Source: an uncultured Planctomycetales bacterium (GTDB lineage: Bacteria; Planctomycetota; MHYJ01; JACPRB01). From it: a stretch of 64,000 nucleotides of DNA. Below the pieces are notes generated by a model that was not told the DNA's origin, did not search any database, and worked only from the letters and a program-made list of their open reading frames with translations. The stretch spans positions 8,131-72,130 of the forward strand of contig CAZGKV010000012.1 in the NCBI GenBank assembly GCA_964526305.1, given 5' to 3'. A program made the position numbers and the translations under genes. This document shows positions 16,250-25,036 of this stretch, one piece after another. Position 1 is the stretch's first letter. The number at the start of each line of letters is the position of its first letter.

Positions 16250-17968
16250 ATGAAAAGATTCTTCGGCCGCCTGCCTGCGTCGGAAACGGGATCTTCGGGT
16301 CCTTGCGTTTCGCACCGGGGGACCATCGCCAACCGAGAGGCGCTTCTCGAGGAGGCACGGCGTCGCGGAGAACCGATCGGGGAGGTGGGGGATGGCGATC
16401 TCCTTCTCCGGGCCTACCGGTGGTGGGGGGACGGATTGCAGGCTCGCGTTCTCGGAGAATACGCCGTGGCGATCGTGGACGAGCGAGCCGGCAGGGCCTT
16501 TCTTACTCACGACGGACTCGGCGTGATGCCGCTCTTCTACGGCCGGCACGGGGACGATTTCCTCTTCGGCTCGCATCTCGAAGATCTCGTCGCGCTTACG
16601 GGCGTCGGGGAACTCGACGAGGAATACCTCGCGGACGTCCTCTCCCTCGGAGTTCACTTGGGGGAGCGTACTCCCTATCGCCATCTCCGCCAGCTCCTCC
16701 CGGGCACCAGTCTGCGGTGGGAGGGGGGGCGCGTGTTCGTGCGGAAGACCTGGGATCTCTCCTCCGTGCGGTCGATCGAAGGGATTTCCGACGAGGAGTG
16801 CGAGGAGCGCTTGCGCTCCCTCCTGCGCGAAGGAGTGACGGCGGCTCTTCGGGCCGATGGACCGGTTTGGAGCGAGCTCTCCGGCGGCCTCGACTCCTCG
16901 TCCATCGTGTGCACCGCGGCGCACGCGGGCACGCGGCTGGACACCCTCTCCTTTACCACTCGCTCGCGCACGGCGGACGAGCAGAAATGGATTCGGGCGG
17001 TGGTGGAGAGATACGACCTTCCGTGGCACTCGATCGATTTCGACCGGTGTCCGCCGTTCTCCGAGATGCCGGACCGTTTCTTCGCGGTACCGAGCTCGGT
17101 CCTTTCCGTCGCCGGGCTTTATCGGAAGTACGAGGAGCTGCTTTCGGGGCACGGAGTGCAGGTCCTTCTGACGGGAACCGGAGGCGATCAGGTCTTCTGC
17201 GGAGATTACCCCGCTCCGGACCACCTGGCGGATCAGCTCTCTCTCGGTCGTATGCATCGGCTGATTCGAGGCGTACGCTCGTGGAGCGAAGGAAGCGACG
17301 AAAAGCGATCGTTCCTCCATGTCCTCCTGCGGGGCGCGATCCAACCCCGCCTGGATCATGCGCTGGATCGAAATCTCCGGAAGCGGGAACGCCCGGGCGT
17401 CCCGCCTTGGCTCCGCGCGGACTACGCGGGACGGATGATGCTGGAGGATCGAAGCCGGCGGAGAGTCGCTCCCCGGTGCCGGTCCGTGGGACAGCAGGGA
17501 CTCCTGGAACGCCTCTGGCCGGCGCATCTCGTGGCTACGGGACGGGCTCACTACGTCCGAGGCTTCGAGTTTCGGTACCCGCTGCTCTACCGCCCCCTCG
17601 TCGAGTTCCTGTTCGCGCTCCCGCACGATCGGAAGGCGGGACCGGACGAAGACCGGAGCCTCCAGCGTCGCGCGCTTCGCGGGATTCTTCCGGAGACGGT
17701 CCGGACACGGAGGGGGAAGATGGGCCCTCAACGCCTATATCACGACGGCTTGGCGAAGAGTCGGGAGTGGCTCGAGGCGCTGACCGACCGGCCGAGGGTC
17801 GTCGAGCGCGGATACGTGGACGCGGAGCGATGGCGCGAAGCCGTGGCCCGGATGCGGCACGGCGCGACGCACGGTCTTCCGCTCTTCCTCGGGACGGCGA
17901 CGCTCGAGGTGTGGCTCCGGGGCTTGGAGTCGGCGCCCGTTTTCGTTGACACTCCCTCCGCGAGGTGA
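16250..17968 (+). CDS. lasso peptide cyclase (asparagine synthetase B-like, C protein)
   Basis: SGGLDSS PP-loop motif and AsnB-like fold, 572 aa, immediately downstream of the precursor. Confidence 0.85.
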   Translation: MKRFFGRLPASETGSSGPCVSHRGTIANREALLEEARRRGEPIGEVGDGDLLLRAYRWWGDGLQARVLGEYAVAIVDERAGRAFLTHDGLGVMPLFYGRHGDDFLFGSHLEDLVALTGVGELDEEYLADVLSLGVHLGERTPYRHLRQLLPGTSLRWEGGRVFVRKTWDLSSVRSIEGISDEECEERLRSLLREGVTAALRADGPVWSELSGGLDSSSIVCTAAHAGTRLDTLSFTTRSRTADEQKWIRAVVERYDLPWHSIDFDRCPPFSEMPDRFFAVPSSVLSVAGLYRKYEELLSGHGVQVLLTGTGGDQVFCGDYPAPDHLADQLSLGRMHRLIRGVRSWSEGSDEKRSFLHVLLRGAIQPRLDHALDRNLRKRERPGVPPWLRADYAGRMMLEDRSRRRVAPRCRSVGQQGLLERLWPAHLVATGRAHYVRGFEFRYPLLYRPLVEFLFALPHDRKAGPDEDRSLQRRALRGILPETVRTRRGKMGPQRLYHDGLAKSREWLEALTDRPRVVERGYVDAERWREAVARMRHGATHGLPLFLGTATLEVWLRGLESAPVFVDTPSAR

Positions 17969-17984
17969 GAAACTCCCCGTCCGA

Positions 17985-18533
17985 ATGATTCCCTTCGTGC
18001 CGCGCGAGATGTTCCTCACCAAGGGCGTCGGAAGGCACAAGGAGAAACTCGCCAGTTTCGAAGAGGCGCTTCGCAACGCTCAGATCGCGCGGTTCAATCT
18101 CGTCCACGTCTCCAGCATCTTTCCCCCGCACTGCAAGCTTCTCTCCCCGAACAAGGGGCTTCGCAAGCTGCAAAGCGGCCAGGTCGTCGCGGTCGTCATG
18201 GCTCGGTCGGAGACCAACGAGAAGAATCGGCTGATCGCGACGTCCATCGGAGTCGCGATTCCTTCGAACAAGGACCAGTACGGCTACCTCTCCGAACACC
18301 ACAGTTTCGGCGAGACCGAGGAACAAGCGGGGGAGTACGCGGAGGACCTGGCGGCCTCGATGCTGGCCACCATCCTCGGGCTCGACTACGAGCACGGAGC
18401 GACTTGGGATCAGCGCGAGCAGCAGTGGAAGATGAGCGGACAGATCGTCAAGACGATGAACATCACCCAATCGGCGATCGGGACGGCGGGGCTGTGGACG
18501 ACGACGATCGCCTCGGCCGTTCTCATTCCCTAG
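17985..18533 (+). CDS. pdaD: pyruvoyl-dependent arginine decarboxylase
   Basis: MIPFVPREMFLTKGVG N-terminus and a Ser-containing self-cleavage region, about 180 aa. Confidence 0.8.
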   Translation: MIPFVPREMFLTKGVGRHKEKLASFEEALRNAQIARFNLVHVSSIFPPHCKLLSPNKGLRKLQSGQVVAVVMARSETNEKNRLIATSIGVAIPSNKDQYGYLSEHHSFGETEEQAGEYAEDLAASMLATILGLDYEHGATWDQREQQWKMSGQIVKTMNITQSAIGTAGLWTTTIASAVLIP

Positions 18534-18536
18534 GGC

Positions 18537-19580
18537 ATGAAACAGAAGAACTCGCATCCGTTCACGCAGCATCCCGTCGTGCCGCTGGTTCCGGGTCGGA
18601 TGACGGCGGCCGAATATCTCCGCGCCTGTGCAGACCTTTCCTTCCAGGCGCGAAGCCTCGGGACCGCGTTCGAGATCTGGCAGAAGGCGCTGCAGGACGA
18701 TACGACCATCTTCCTCGGACTCTCGGGTGCGATGACGCCCGCGGGGCTGAGGAAGGTGATCGTCCACCTCCTCGAGAATCGACTGATCGACGTCCTGGTG
18801 ACGACGGGAGCCAACGTCTTTCACGATCTCCACGAGACCTTGGGCAAGCATCACTACAAATGCCACCCGGCGACGGACGACAAGCTGCTCCGCCGGCACT
18901 ACTTGGATCGGATCTACGACGTTCTCGGGAACGAGAAGGAATACGGCCAACTCGATCGGCTGATCTCGAAGGTGGCGGCCTCGCTCCCCAAGCGTCCCTA
19001 CTCTACGCGCGAATGGTTTCACGAGTTCGGCGCGGTGCTGAATTCGATGAAGAAGGACCAGGGGATCGTCACGGCCGCCTACGAGGCGGGCGTGCCGATT
19101 TACGCCCCCGCCCTCGGGGATTCGTCCTACGGCATCGGCATGGCCGCGTACAAAGAGTCTCGGGACTTCCTGCTCCATCCGATCAAGGACGTGCGCGAGA
19201 CCGCCGAGATCGCGGCGGAGGCTCCGCGAACCGGGATCGTGTTCATCGGCGGGGGGACGCCCAAGAACTTCACGCAGCAAACCGAAGTGACGGCGGAGTA
19301 CATGGGCTACGAGATGCAGGGACACAAGTACTGCATCCAGATCACCACCGACGCCCCCCACTGGGGAGGATTGTCGGGCTGTACCTTCGAGGAGTCCACC
19401 TCGTGGGGCAAGATCCACTTCGAGGCCGAGAAGATCGCCGTCTACTCCGATGCGACGATTTCGCTCCCGCTCCTGGCGTGCGGCCTCGCGGAGGTCCGCG
19501 CCCACCGGTTCCGACCCTCGCGTCCCAAGTTCACGTTCGGCGAGGAACTTCGGATCACGCGCGAGAAGCTCCGCAACTAG
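18537..19580 (+). CDS. deoxyhypusine synthase-like protein (homospermidine/polyamine biosynthesis)
   Basis: DHS-family motifs (GLSGAMTPAGLRK, VTTGANVFHD, GGGTPKNF), 347 aa. Confidence 0.8.
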   Translation: MKQKNSHPFTQHPVVPLVPGRMTAAEYLRACADLSFQARSLGTAFEIWQKALQDDTTIFLGLSGAMTPAGLRKVIVHLLENRLIDVLVTTGANVFHDLHETLGKHHYKCHPATDDKLLRRHYLDRIYDVLGNEKEYGQLDRLISKVAASLPKRPYSTREWFHEFGAVLNSMKKDQGIVTAAYEAGVPIYAPALGDSSYGIGMAAYKESRDFLLHPIKDVRETAEIAAEAPRTGIVFIGGGTPKNFTQQTEVTAEYMGYEMQGHKYCIQITTDAPHWGGLSGCTFEESTSWGKIHFEAEKIAVYSDATISLPLLACGLAEVRAHRFRPSRPKFTFGEELRITREKLRN

Positions 19581-19582
19581 CG

Positions 19583-20443
19583 ATGGAAGGCCGATGGCAC
19601 TTCCTCGGCATCCCGCGGGACTACGCCCGATACGAAACCGCCCGATTCGTGGTCGTGCCGGCGCCTTGGGATCGGGCGGGGTCCGGGACACGGTACGGCC
19701 CGAGCGCCATCCTCGAGGCGTCGCATCAGATCGGGCGCTTCGACGAGGAACTCGGATTCGAGCCGTGGAAGGCCGGAATCCACACTCTTCCTCCCGCGGC
19801 GACGGCTCGCGATCCGGAGGGAACGCTGAGTCGGCTCGCAGACCTCGTGGAAAAAGAGGTGCGGGCGGGCAAGTTTCCGATCGTGCTCGGGGGGGATCGC
19901 CTTCTGACGGAGGGATCTCTCGCGGGAGTGGCCCGAGTCCATGCGAAGATCTCGGTGCTGCACCTGGACGCGCACGGCCGATCGGACGGTGGAAAGGGAA
20001 TGTCCGCGATCGCGGAGAGAATCGTCCAGGTGGGAGTCCGGACGGTCGCCGAGCCGTGTACTCCCTCCAAACGGATTCAGACATGGCTCGTGCGCCAGGA
20101 ACGGGACGTTCGCGCGCTGGTTCCCAAGATGCTCGAAGGATTGGGGGAGATGGTGTATCTCTCCCTGAATCTCCACGCGTTGGATCCCTCCATCGTGCCG
20201 GGGGTACGCGTCCCCGTGCCGGGAGGCTTGGGATGGTGGGACGCGTTGGAGATTCTCCGCGCCGTGACGCAGGCCAGAAACGTCGTGGCGGCGGACGTGG
20301 TCGAGCTTTGCCCGCTTCCCGACTCCGTCGTGAGCGAGTTCGCGGCGGCGCAGTTGGTCTATCGGCTGATGGGGTATGTCGTGCACAAGGACACTCAAAA
20401 GTCCACGGTCCGGCGAGTTGTCCGCTCGAGGGGGAAGCGGTGA
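19583..20443 (+). CDS. speB: agmatinase / arginase-family ureohydrolase
   Basis: Arginase-fold Mn-binding motifs (LGGDRL, LHLDAHGRSD, SLNLHALDPS). Confidence 0.8.
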   Translation: MEGRWHFLGIPRDYARYETARFVVVPAPWDRAGSGTRYGPSAILEASHQIGRFDEELGFEPWKAGIHTLPPAATARDPEGTLSRLADLVEKEVRAGKFPIVLGGDRLLTEGSLAGVARVHAKISVLHLDAHGRSDGGKGMSAIAERIVQVGVRTVAEPCTPSKRIQTWLVRQERDVRALVPKMLEGLGEMVYLSLNLHALDPSIVPGVRVPVPGGLGWWDALEILRAVTQARNVVAADVVELCPLPDSVVSEFAAAQLVYRLMGYVVHKDTQKSTVRRVVRSRGKR

Positions 20444-21240
20444 GCGTCCGAAGCCCCGCCGCCGCCGGTACGTTTTATCCGAGCCGGGCCGAGGAACTGC
20501 GCGCGGAGATGGCCCGGTGTCTGCCCGCCGGGGAACGCGCTGCGGCACTGGCGGCCATCGTGCCCCATGCCGGTTATCGATACTCCGGTCGCGTGGCCGG
20601 CGAGGTGTTCGCCCGAATCGAGATTCCCCGTGACGTCGTGATTCTCGCCTTCCACCATCGCGGGCGCGGAGCGGACGTGGCCGTTTCCTCCAGCCACGAG
20701 TGGCTCACGCCGCTCGGGAGATCGCCCGTGAACGAAGGCTTGGCCCGTCGCATCGTCGAAACGTGCCCGGGAGCGAGCTTCGACGATGAGGGACATCGGG
20801 AGGAGCATTCTGCCGAAGTGCAGCTCCCCTTCTTGCAGTTCCTCCGGAGCGACGTTCGGATCGTCCCGGTGGCGTTGAGCCTTGGACTGGAAGAGGAACG
20901 AAGACTGGCAGATTTCGGCCGCGCGCTCGCCGGCGTTCTGGACGATGAGCTCGTGATCGGATCGACGGATCTCAACCATTACGAGAATCACGAGCGGACG
21001 CTGGAAAAGGACCGCAAGGTCATCGATCCCATGGAGCGCCTCGACGGGACGGAATTGGCGCGGGCGATCGAGGCCCATCGCGTCTCGATGTGCGGATTCG
21101 CGCCGGCGATCGCGACGCTGGCGTTCGCCCGAGCGAAGGGCGCGACGAAGGCGGAAACCGTGGCGCACCGAACCAGCGGCGACGCCTCCGGGGATTTTCA
21201 GCGATGCGTGGGGTACGTGGGGATGATTATTCGTCGGTGA
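20440..21240 (+). CDS. Memo-like protein (AmmeMemoRadiSam system protein B family)
   Basis: AAGTFYP N-terminal motif, His-rich metal site (HAGYRYSG), about 266 aa. GTG overlaps the speB stop. Confidence 0.75.
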   Translation: MSVRSPAAAGTFYPSRAEELRAEMARCLPAGERAAALAAIVPHAGYRYSGRVAGEVFARIEIPRDVVILAFHHRGRGADVAVSSSHEWLTPLGRSPVNEGLARRIVETCPGASFDDEGHREEHSAEVQLPFLQFLRSDVRIVPVALSLGLEEERRLADFGRALAGVLDDELVIGSTDLNHYENHERTLEKDRKVIDPMERLDGTELARAIEAHRVSMCGFAPAIATLAFARAKGATKAETVAHRTSGDASGDFQRCVGYVGMIIRR

Positions 21241-21243
21241 AAA

Positions 21244-23013
21244 ATGTGGAAGCTGAAGCGGACGCACACGTGCGGTGAACTCCGGGCCGAGCAATCGGGG
21301 CAAGAGGTGATCTTGGACGGCTGGGTCGACGCCCGCCGGAATTTCGGCAACTTGCTTTTCATCGATCTGCGGGACCGCTACGGCAAGACGCAGATCCTCT
21401 TCAGTCCCGACCGGGATCCCGCCCTCCTGGAGCACGCCTCTCGAGTCGGGAAGGAATGGGTGATCGCCGTGCGCGGCGTCGTGCGACGGCGCGACGCGGA
21501 CACCGTGAATTCCAAGATCCCCACGGGGGAGATCGAAGTGGACGCCCTCGAACTCGAGATCGTCAACGAAGCGAAGACGACGCCGTTCGAAATCTCGGAA
21601 CGGATCACCGTCTCCGAAGAGATGCGGCTCCAGCATCGCTATCTCGATCTGCGCCGGCCGTGGATGCAGCGCAACATCATCGTGCGGAGCAAGATCGTCC
21701 ATGCGATCCGCCACTACATGGACGGCCAGGGATTCCTCGACATCGAGACTCCCTACATGGTGAAGTTCACCCCCGGAGGGGCGCGGAATTTTCTCTGTCC
21801 CAGCCGTCTCTATCCGGGTCGGTTCTTTGCCATGGCCGAATCGCCGCAGATCTTCAAGCAGCTCTTCATGGTGAGCGGCATGGACAAGTACTACCAGATC
21901 GCGCGCTGTTTCCGCGACGAGGACCTCCGGGCGGATCGCCAGCTCGAATTCACCCAACTCGATCTCGAGATGTCCTTCGTTCAGCCCGAGGACGTGATGG
22001 GCGTGATCGAAGGATGCGTCGTGGAGGTGTGGAAAAAGGTGGCGGGGGTCGAGGTTCCCCGGCCGTTTCCGCTCATCAGCTACGAAGAGTCGATGCGGCT
22101 CTACGGCACCGACAAGCCGGACCTTCGCTTCGAGCTGAGGATTTGGGACGCGTCGGAGGCGGTCCGCGCGAGCGGATTCAAGGTCTTTGCGGGGACGGTC
22201 GCCGCGGGGGGCGTCGTACGCGGACTCACCGCTCCGGGTTGCGGCTCGTGGTCGCGGAAGCAGGTCGAGGAGCTGGAGAGCTACGTCAAAGGGATCGGCG
22301 CCATGGGACTGGTGAGCCTCAAGGTCGAAGGAGGAAAGCTGGCGGGAGGGAGCGCAAAATTCCTCGGAGATCCGGAAGTCCGGGGAATCCTGGGAGTCTC
22401 CGGGGCCAAAGACGGAGATCTCTTGCTGCTCATTGCGGATGAAAGGGACAAGGCGGCCACGATCCTCGGCGGATTGCGACTGCTCCTGCGGGACCGCCTC
22501 TCGCTCGTGAAATCGAACGCCTTCCAATTCTGTTGGGTCGTGGACTTCCCGATGTTCGAGATCGGGGAGGACGGGAGCGTCGGCGCGAAGCACCACCCGT
22601 TCACCTCGCCGAAGGACGAGTTCCTCGACCTTCTCGAAAAGGAGCCGATGAAGGTCAAGGCGAAGGCGTACGACCTCGTGCTCAATGGCGTGGAGCTGGG
22701 GGGCGGTTCCATCCGGATTCATCGGCGCGACGTCCAGCAACGGATTTTCAAGCTCCTAGGGCTCTCGGAGGAATACGCGCGCGACCGTTTCGGCTTTCTC
22801 CTGGAGGCGTTCGAGTACGGCGCTCCTCCCCACGGCGGGATTGCGCTGGGGTTGGACCGACTGGCGATGCTCGTCCTGGGTCTCGACAACATCCGCGACG
22901 TGATTACGTTTCCCAAGACCCAATCGACGGTGTGCCTGATGACGGGGGCGCCGGGGAGCGTGACGGAGAAGCAGCTCAAGGAACTCCACATCCGAGTGGT
23001 GGATCTCCCATGA
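21244..23013 (+). CDS. aspS: aspartyl-tRNA synthetase
   Basis: Class II aaRS motifs (FRDEDLRADRQLEFTQLD, GGGSIRIH, ALGLDRL) and an OB-fold N-terminus, 589 aa. Confidence 0.92.
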   Translation: MWKLKRTHTCGELRAEQSGQEVILDGWVDARRNFGNLLFIDLRDRYGKTQILFSPDRDPALLEHASRVGKEWVIAVRGVVRRRDADTVNSKIPTGEIEVDALELEIVNEAKTTPFEISERITVSEEMRLQHRYLDLRRPWMQRNIIVRSKIVHAIRHYMDGQGFLDIETPYMVKFTPGGARNFLCPSRLYPGRFFAMAESPQIFKQLFMVSGMDKYYQIARCFRDEDLRADRQLEFTQLDLEMSFVQPEDVMGVIEGCVVEVWKKVAGVEVPRPFPLISYEESMRLYGTDKPDLRFELRIWDASEAVRASGFKVFAGTVAAGGVVRGLTAPGCGSWSRKQVEELESYVKGIGAMGLVSLKVEGGKLAGGSAKFLGDPEVRGILGVSGAKDGDLLLLIADERDKAATILGGLRLLLRDRLSLVKSNAFQFCWVVDFPMFEIGEDGSVGAKHHPFTSPKDEFLDLLEKEPMKVKAKAYDLVLNGVELGGGSIRIHRRDVQQRIFKLLGLSEEYARDRFGFLLEAFEYGAPPHGGIALGLDRLAMLVLGLDNIRDVITFPKTQSTVCLMTGAPGSVTEKQLKELHIRVVDLP

Positions 23014-23219
23014 TTACGCAGGGCGAACCGAAGAAGTTGTCCGTCCAGGGAGCGCCCTTTCGGTGCACCGCCTGCCGGCACGAGCGCTTTTGGCGCCGGC
23101 GCGTTCGACTCGACCTGTGGAACGCCGAGGAAGGGATCGACTTCGCGAATGTCGCCGTGAGCGCCTTCGTGTGCGAGCGCTGCGGGTACGTCCATCAGTT
23201 CATGGATCCTAAATCCTAA
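23010..23219 (+). CDS. small zinc-ribbon protein (CxxC...CxxC), 69 aa
   Basis: CTACRHE...CERCGY. ATG overlaps the aspS stop (ATGA). Confidence 0.5.
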   Translation: MITQGEPKKLSVQGAPFRCTACRHERFWRRRVRLDLWNAEEGIDFANVAVSAFVCERCGYVHQFMDPKS

Positions 23220-23518
23220 GCAGGGCGACGCAAAAAGTTGCATCCCTACGCCCTGCTTATCCCGAGCGAAGCGCAGCGGAGTCGAGGGGTTGCGCCTCTG
23301 AGACCCTGCGGCCCGCAGGGAGTGCAAGATTCTTTTTCGGCAGGAACGCTCCGGGTCCGTTCGCGCCGCGCCCGCACTCTGCTGAACGAAAGCCTCGGTC
23401 CCGTCGTCGATACGGTCTGGAACCAGGTGCTCTTGTTGCGAATCTGGTTGCGCGAGCGGGACGACTGATTTTCCGGTAACGCGGATCGTTCCGGGGGTAC
23501 CCACTCCCGGAGGGATCG

Positions 23519-25036
23519 ATGACGATACGGATCGCGCTCCTGCTTGCCCTGGGCACCGCCGGAGGGACCCAGGAATCGAAGGGGCAGAGCTTCGACGAAA
23601 GGATCGAAGCGGAGCTGAAGAAGGCCGGAGTCCGGCCCGCCCCCCTCTGCGACGACGCCGATTTTCTCCGTCGTGTCTCGCTCGATCTCGCGGGCGTCAT
23701 CCCCACCCCCGAAGAGGTCGTGGCATTTCTGGACGATCGGAACTCCCAGAAGCGCTCGAAGAAGATCGACCAACTCCTGGCGGGAGCCGAGTTTGCCGAT
23801 CACTGGGCCCGAATCTGGATGGTCTTCCTCATCGGGACGCCGTTGGGCGACGCCGACCTCGGACGCGCGTGGTTCCTCGAGTACCTTCGGGATTCCCTCG
23901 CAAGAAACCAGCGATATGACCGTGTGGTGCGCGAGATCCTCGCCGCCGAAGGGAATCTCGACGAGAACAAGGCAGCCGTCTATCTCTATCGCTGGCAGGA
24001 CGCCGCCGACCAGACGAGCGCCGCGGTCCGCCACTTTCTCGGAGTTCAGCTCCGCTGCGCCCAGTGCCACGACCATCCCTTCGATTCGTGGACTCAGAGG
24101 GATTTCTGGGCGACGGCGGCCTTTTTCGCCCGAGCGACGCGCGGCTACAGCGAGGAAGAGATCGTGATGGAGCCGACCTACGGCTTCGAGATCGGTCGCT
24201 TGAGTTTGACCGAGGCCGAAGAAGGCGAAGTCGACTTGCCCGAAAGCCGGCATGCCATGAAACTTCCTCCCCGGTTCCTCGGCGAGAAGACGGATACGAA
24301 TCCGAAGCATCGCCGAAAGGCGCTCGCGGATTGGATGACATCGCCGAAGAACCCCTGGTTCGCGAAGGCTACCGTCAACCGCATCTGGGGGATTCTCCTC
24401 GGCCGCGGATTCGTTCATCCGGTGGACGATTTCGGGACTTCGAAGACCCCCGTCTACCCGGAAGCCCTGAACCGGCTCGCGGAGGAGTTCGTCCGATCCG
24501 GTTTCGACCTCCGCGCCTTGATTCGTAGGGTCTTGAATTCGCGGACCTATCAACGCGCTTCGCGACCGGCCGACTCCAAGCATCCGTTCGCCGCGGCGGA
24601 GCGCCGGCGAATGAGCCGACATCAGTATTTCACCTCCGTAGCCCGCGCCGGAGATTTCGACTTCACGTTCCCGGTCGAGATCGAGGAACGGGACCCCGCC
24701 ATGGGGCCGGCGACGGAGATGAAGGATTTCAAGGAAGACTATCTCTATCAGATCCAGCGCGCGAACTCGCCGGTCGAGAAGACGCTCCTTCGCATGAACG
24801 GATCGCTCGTCATCGACGCGATCGTCAGCGGCAAGCGGCTCCCGAAGACGCTCGAGACTTGCGATACGAACGAGAAGCGGATCGAATGGCTCTTCCTCGC
24901 CTCGCTCTCCCGACGACCGACGGTGGGAGAGCGTGACGTGTTCCTCGACTACCTCGACGGCAAGGAGGAGTATCCCGCCTATGAGGACATCCTCTGGACG
25001 CTCCTAAACTCCACGGAATTCGGAGTGAACCGATGA
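23519..25036 (+). CDS. DUF1549/DUF1553 domain protein (Planctomycete-type secreted protein)
   Basis: Signal peptide, LDLAGVIPTPEE (DUF1549) and LGVQLRCAQCHDHPFD (DUF1553) motifs. Confidence 0.8.
   Translation: MTIRIALLLALGTAGGTQESKGQSFDERIEAELKKAGVRPAPLCDDADFLRRVSLDLAGVIPTPEEVVAFLDDRNSQKRSKKIDQLLAGAEFADHWARIWMVFLIGTPLGDADLGRAWFLEYLRDSLARNQRYDRVVREILAAEGNLDENKAAVYLYRWQDAADQTSAAVRHFLGVQLRCAQCHDHPFDSWTQRDFWATAAFFARATRGYSEEEIVMEPTYGFEIGRLSLTEAEEGEVDLPESRHAMKLPPRFLGEKTDTNPKHRRKALADWMTSPKNPWFAKATVNRIWGILLGRGFVHPVDDFGTSKTPVYPEALNRLAEEFVRSGFDLRALIRRVLNSRTYQRASRPADSKHPFAAAERRRMSRHQYFTSVARAGDFDFTFPVEIEERDPAMGPATEMKDFKEDYLYQIQRANSPVEKTLLRMNGSLVIDAIVSGKRLPKTLETCDTNEKRIEWLFLASLSRRPTVGERDVFLDYLDGKEEYPAYEDILWTLLNSTEFGVNR

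Noticed and set aside
17535-20084. 849-aa ORF on the minus strand
   Set aside because: Antisense to pdaD, the DHS-like gene and speB, which all have clear family motifs. The translation is Arg/Pro/Gly-rich low-complexity, typical of a stop-free frame in high-GC DNA.
23246-24622. 458-aa minus-strand ORF
   Set aside because: Antisense to the DUF1549/DUF1553 gene, whose motifs are clear on the plus strand.
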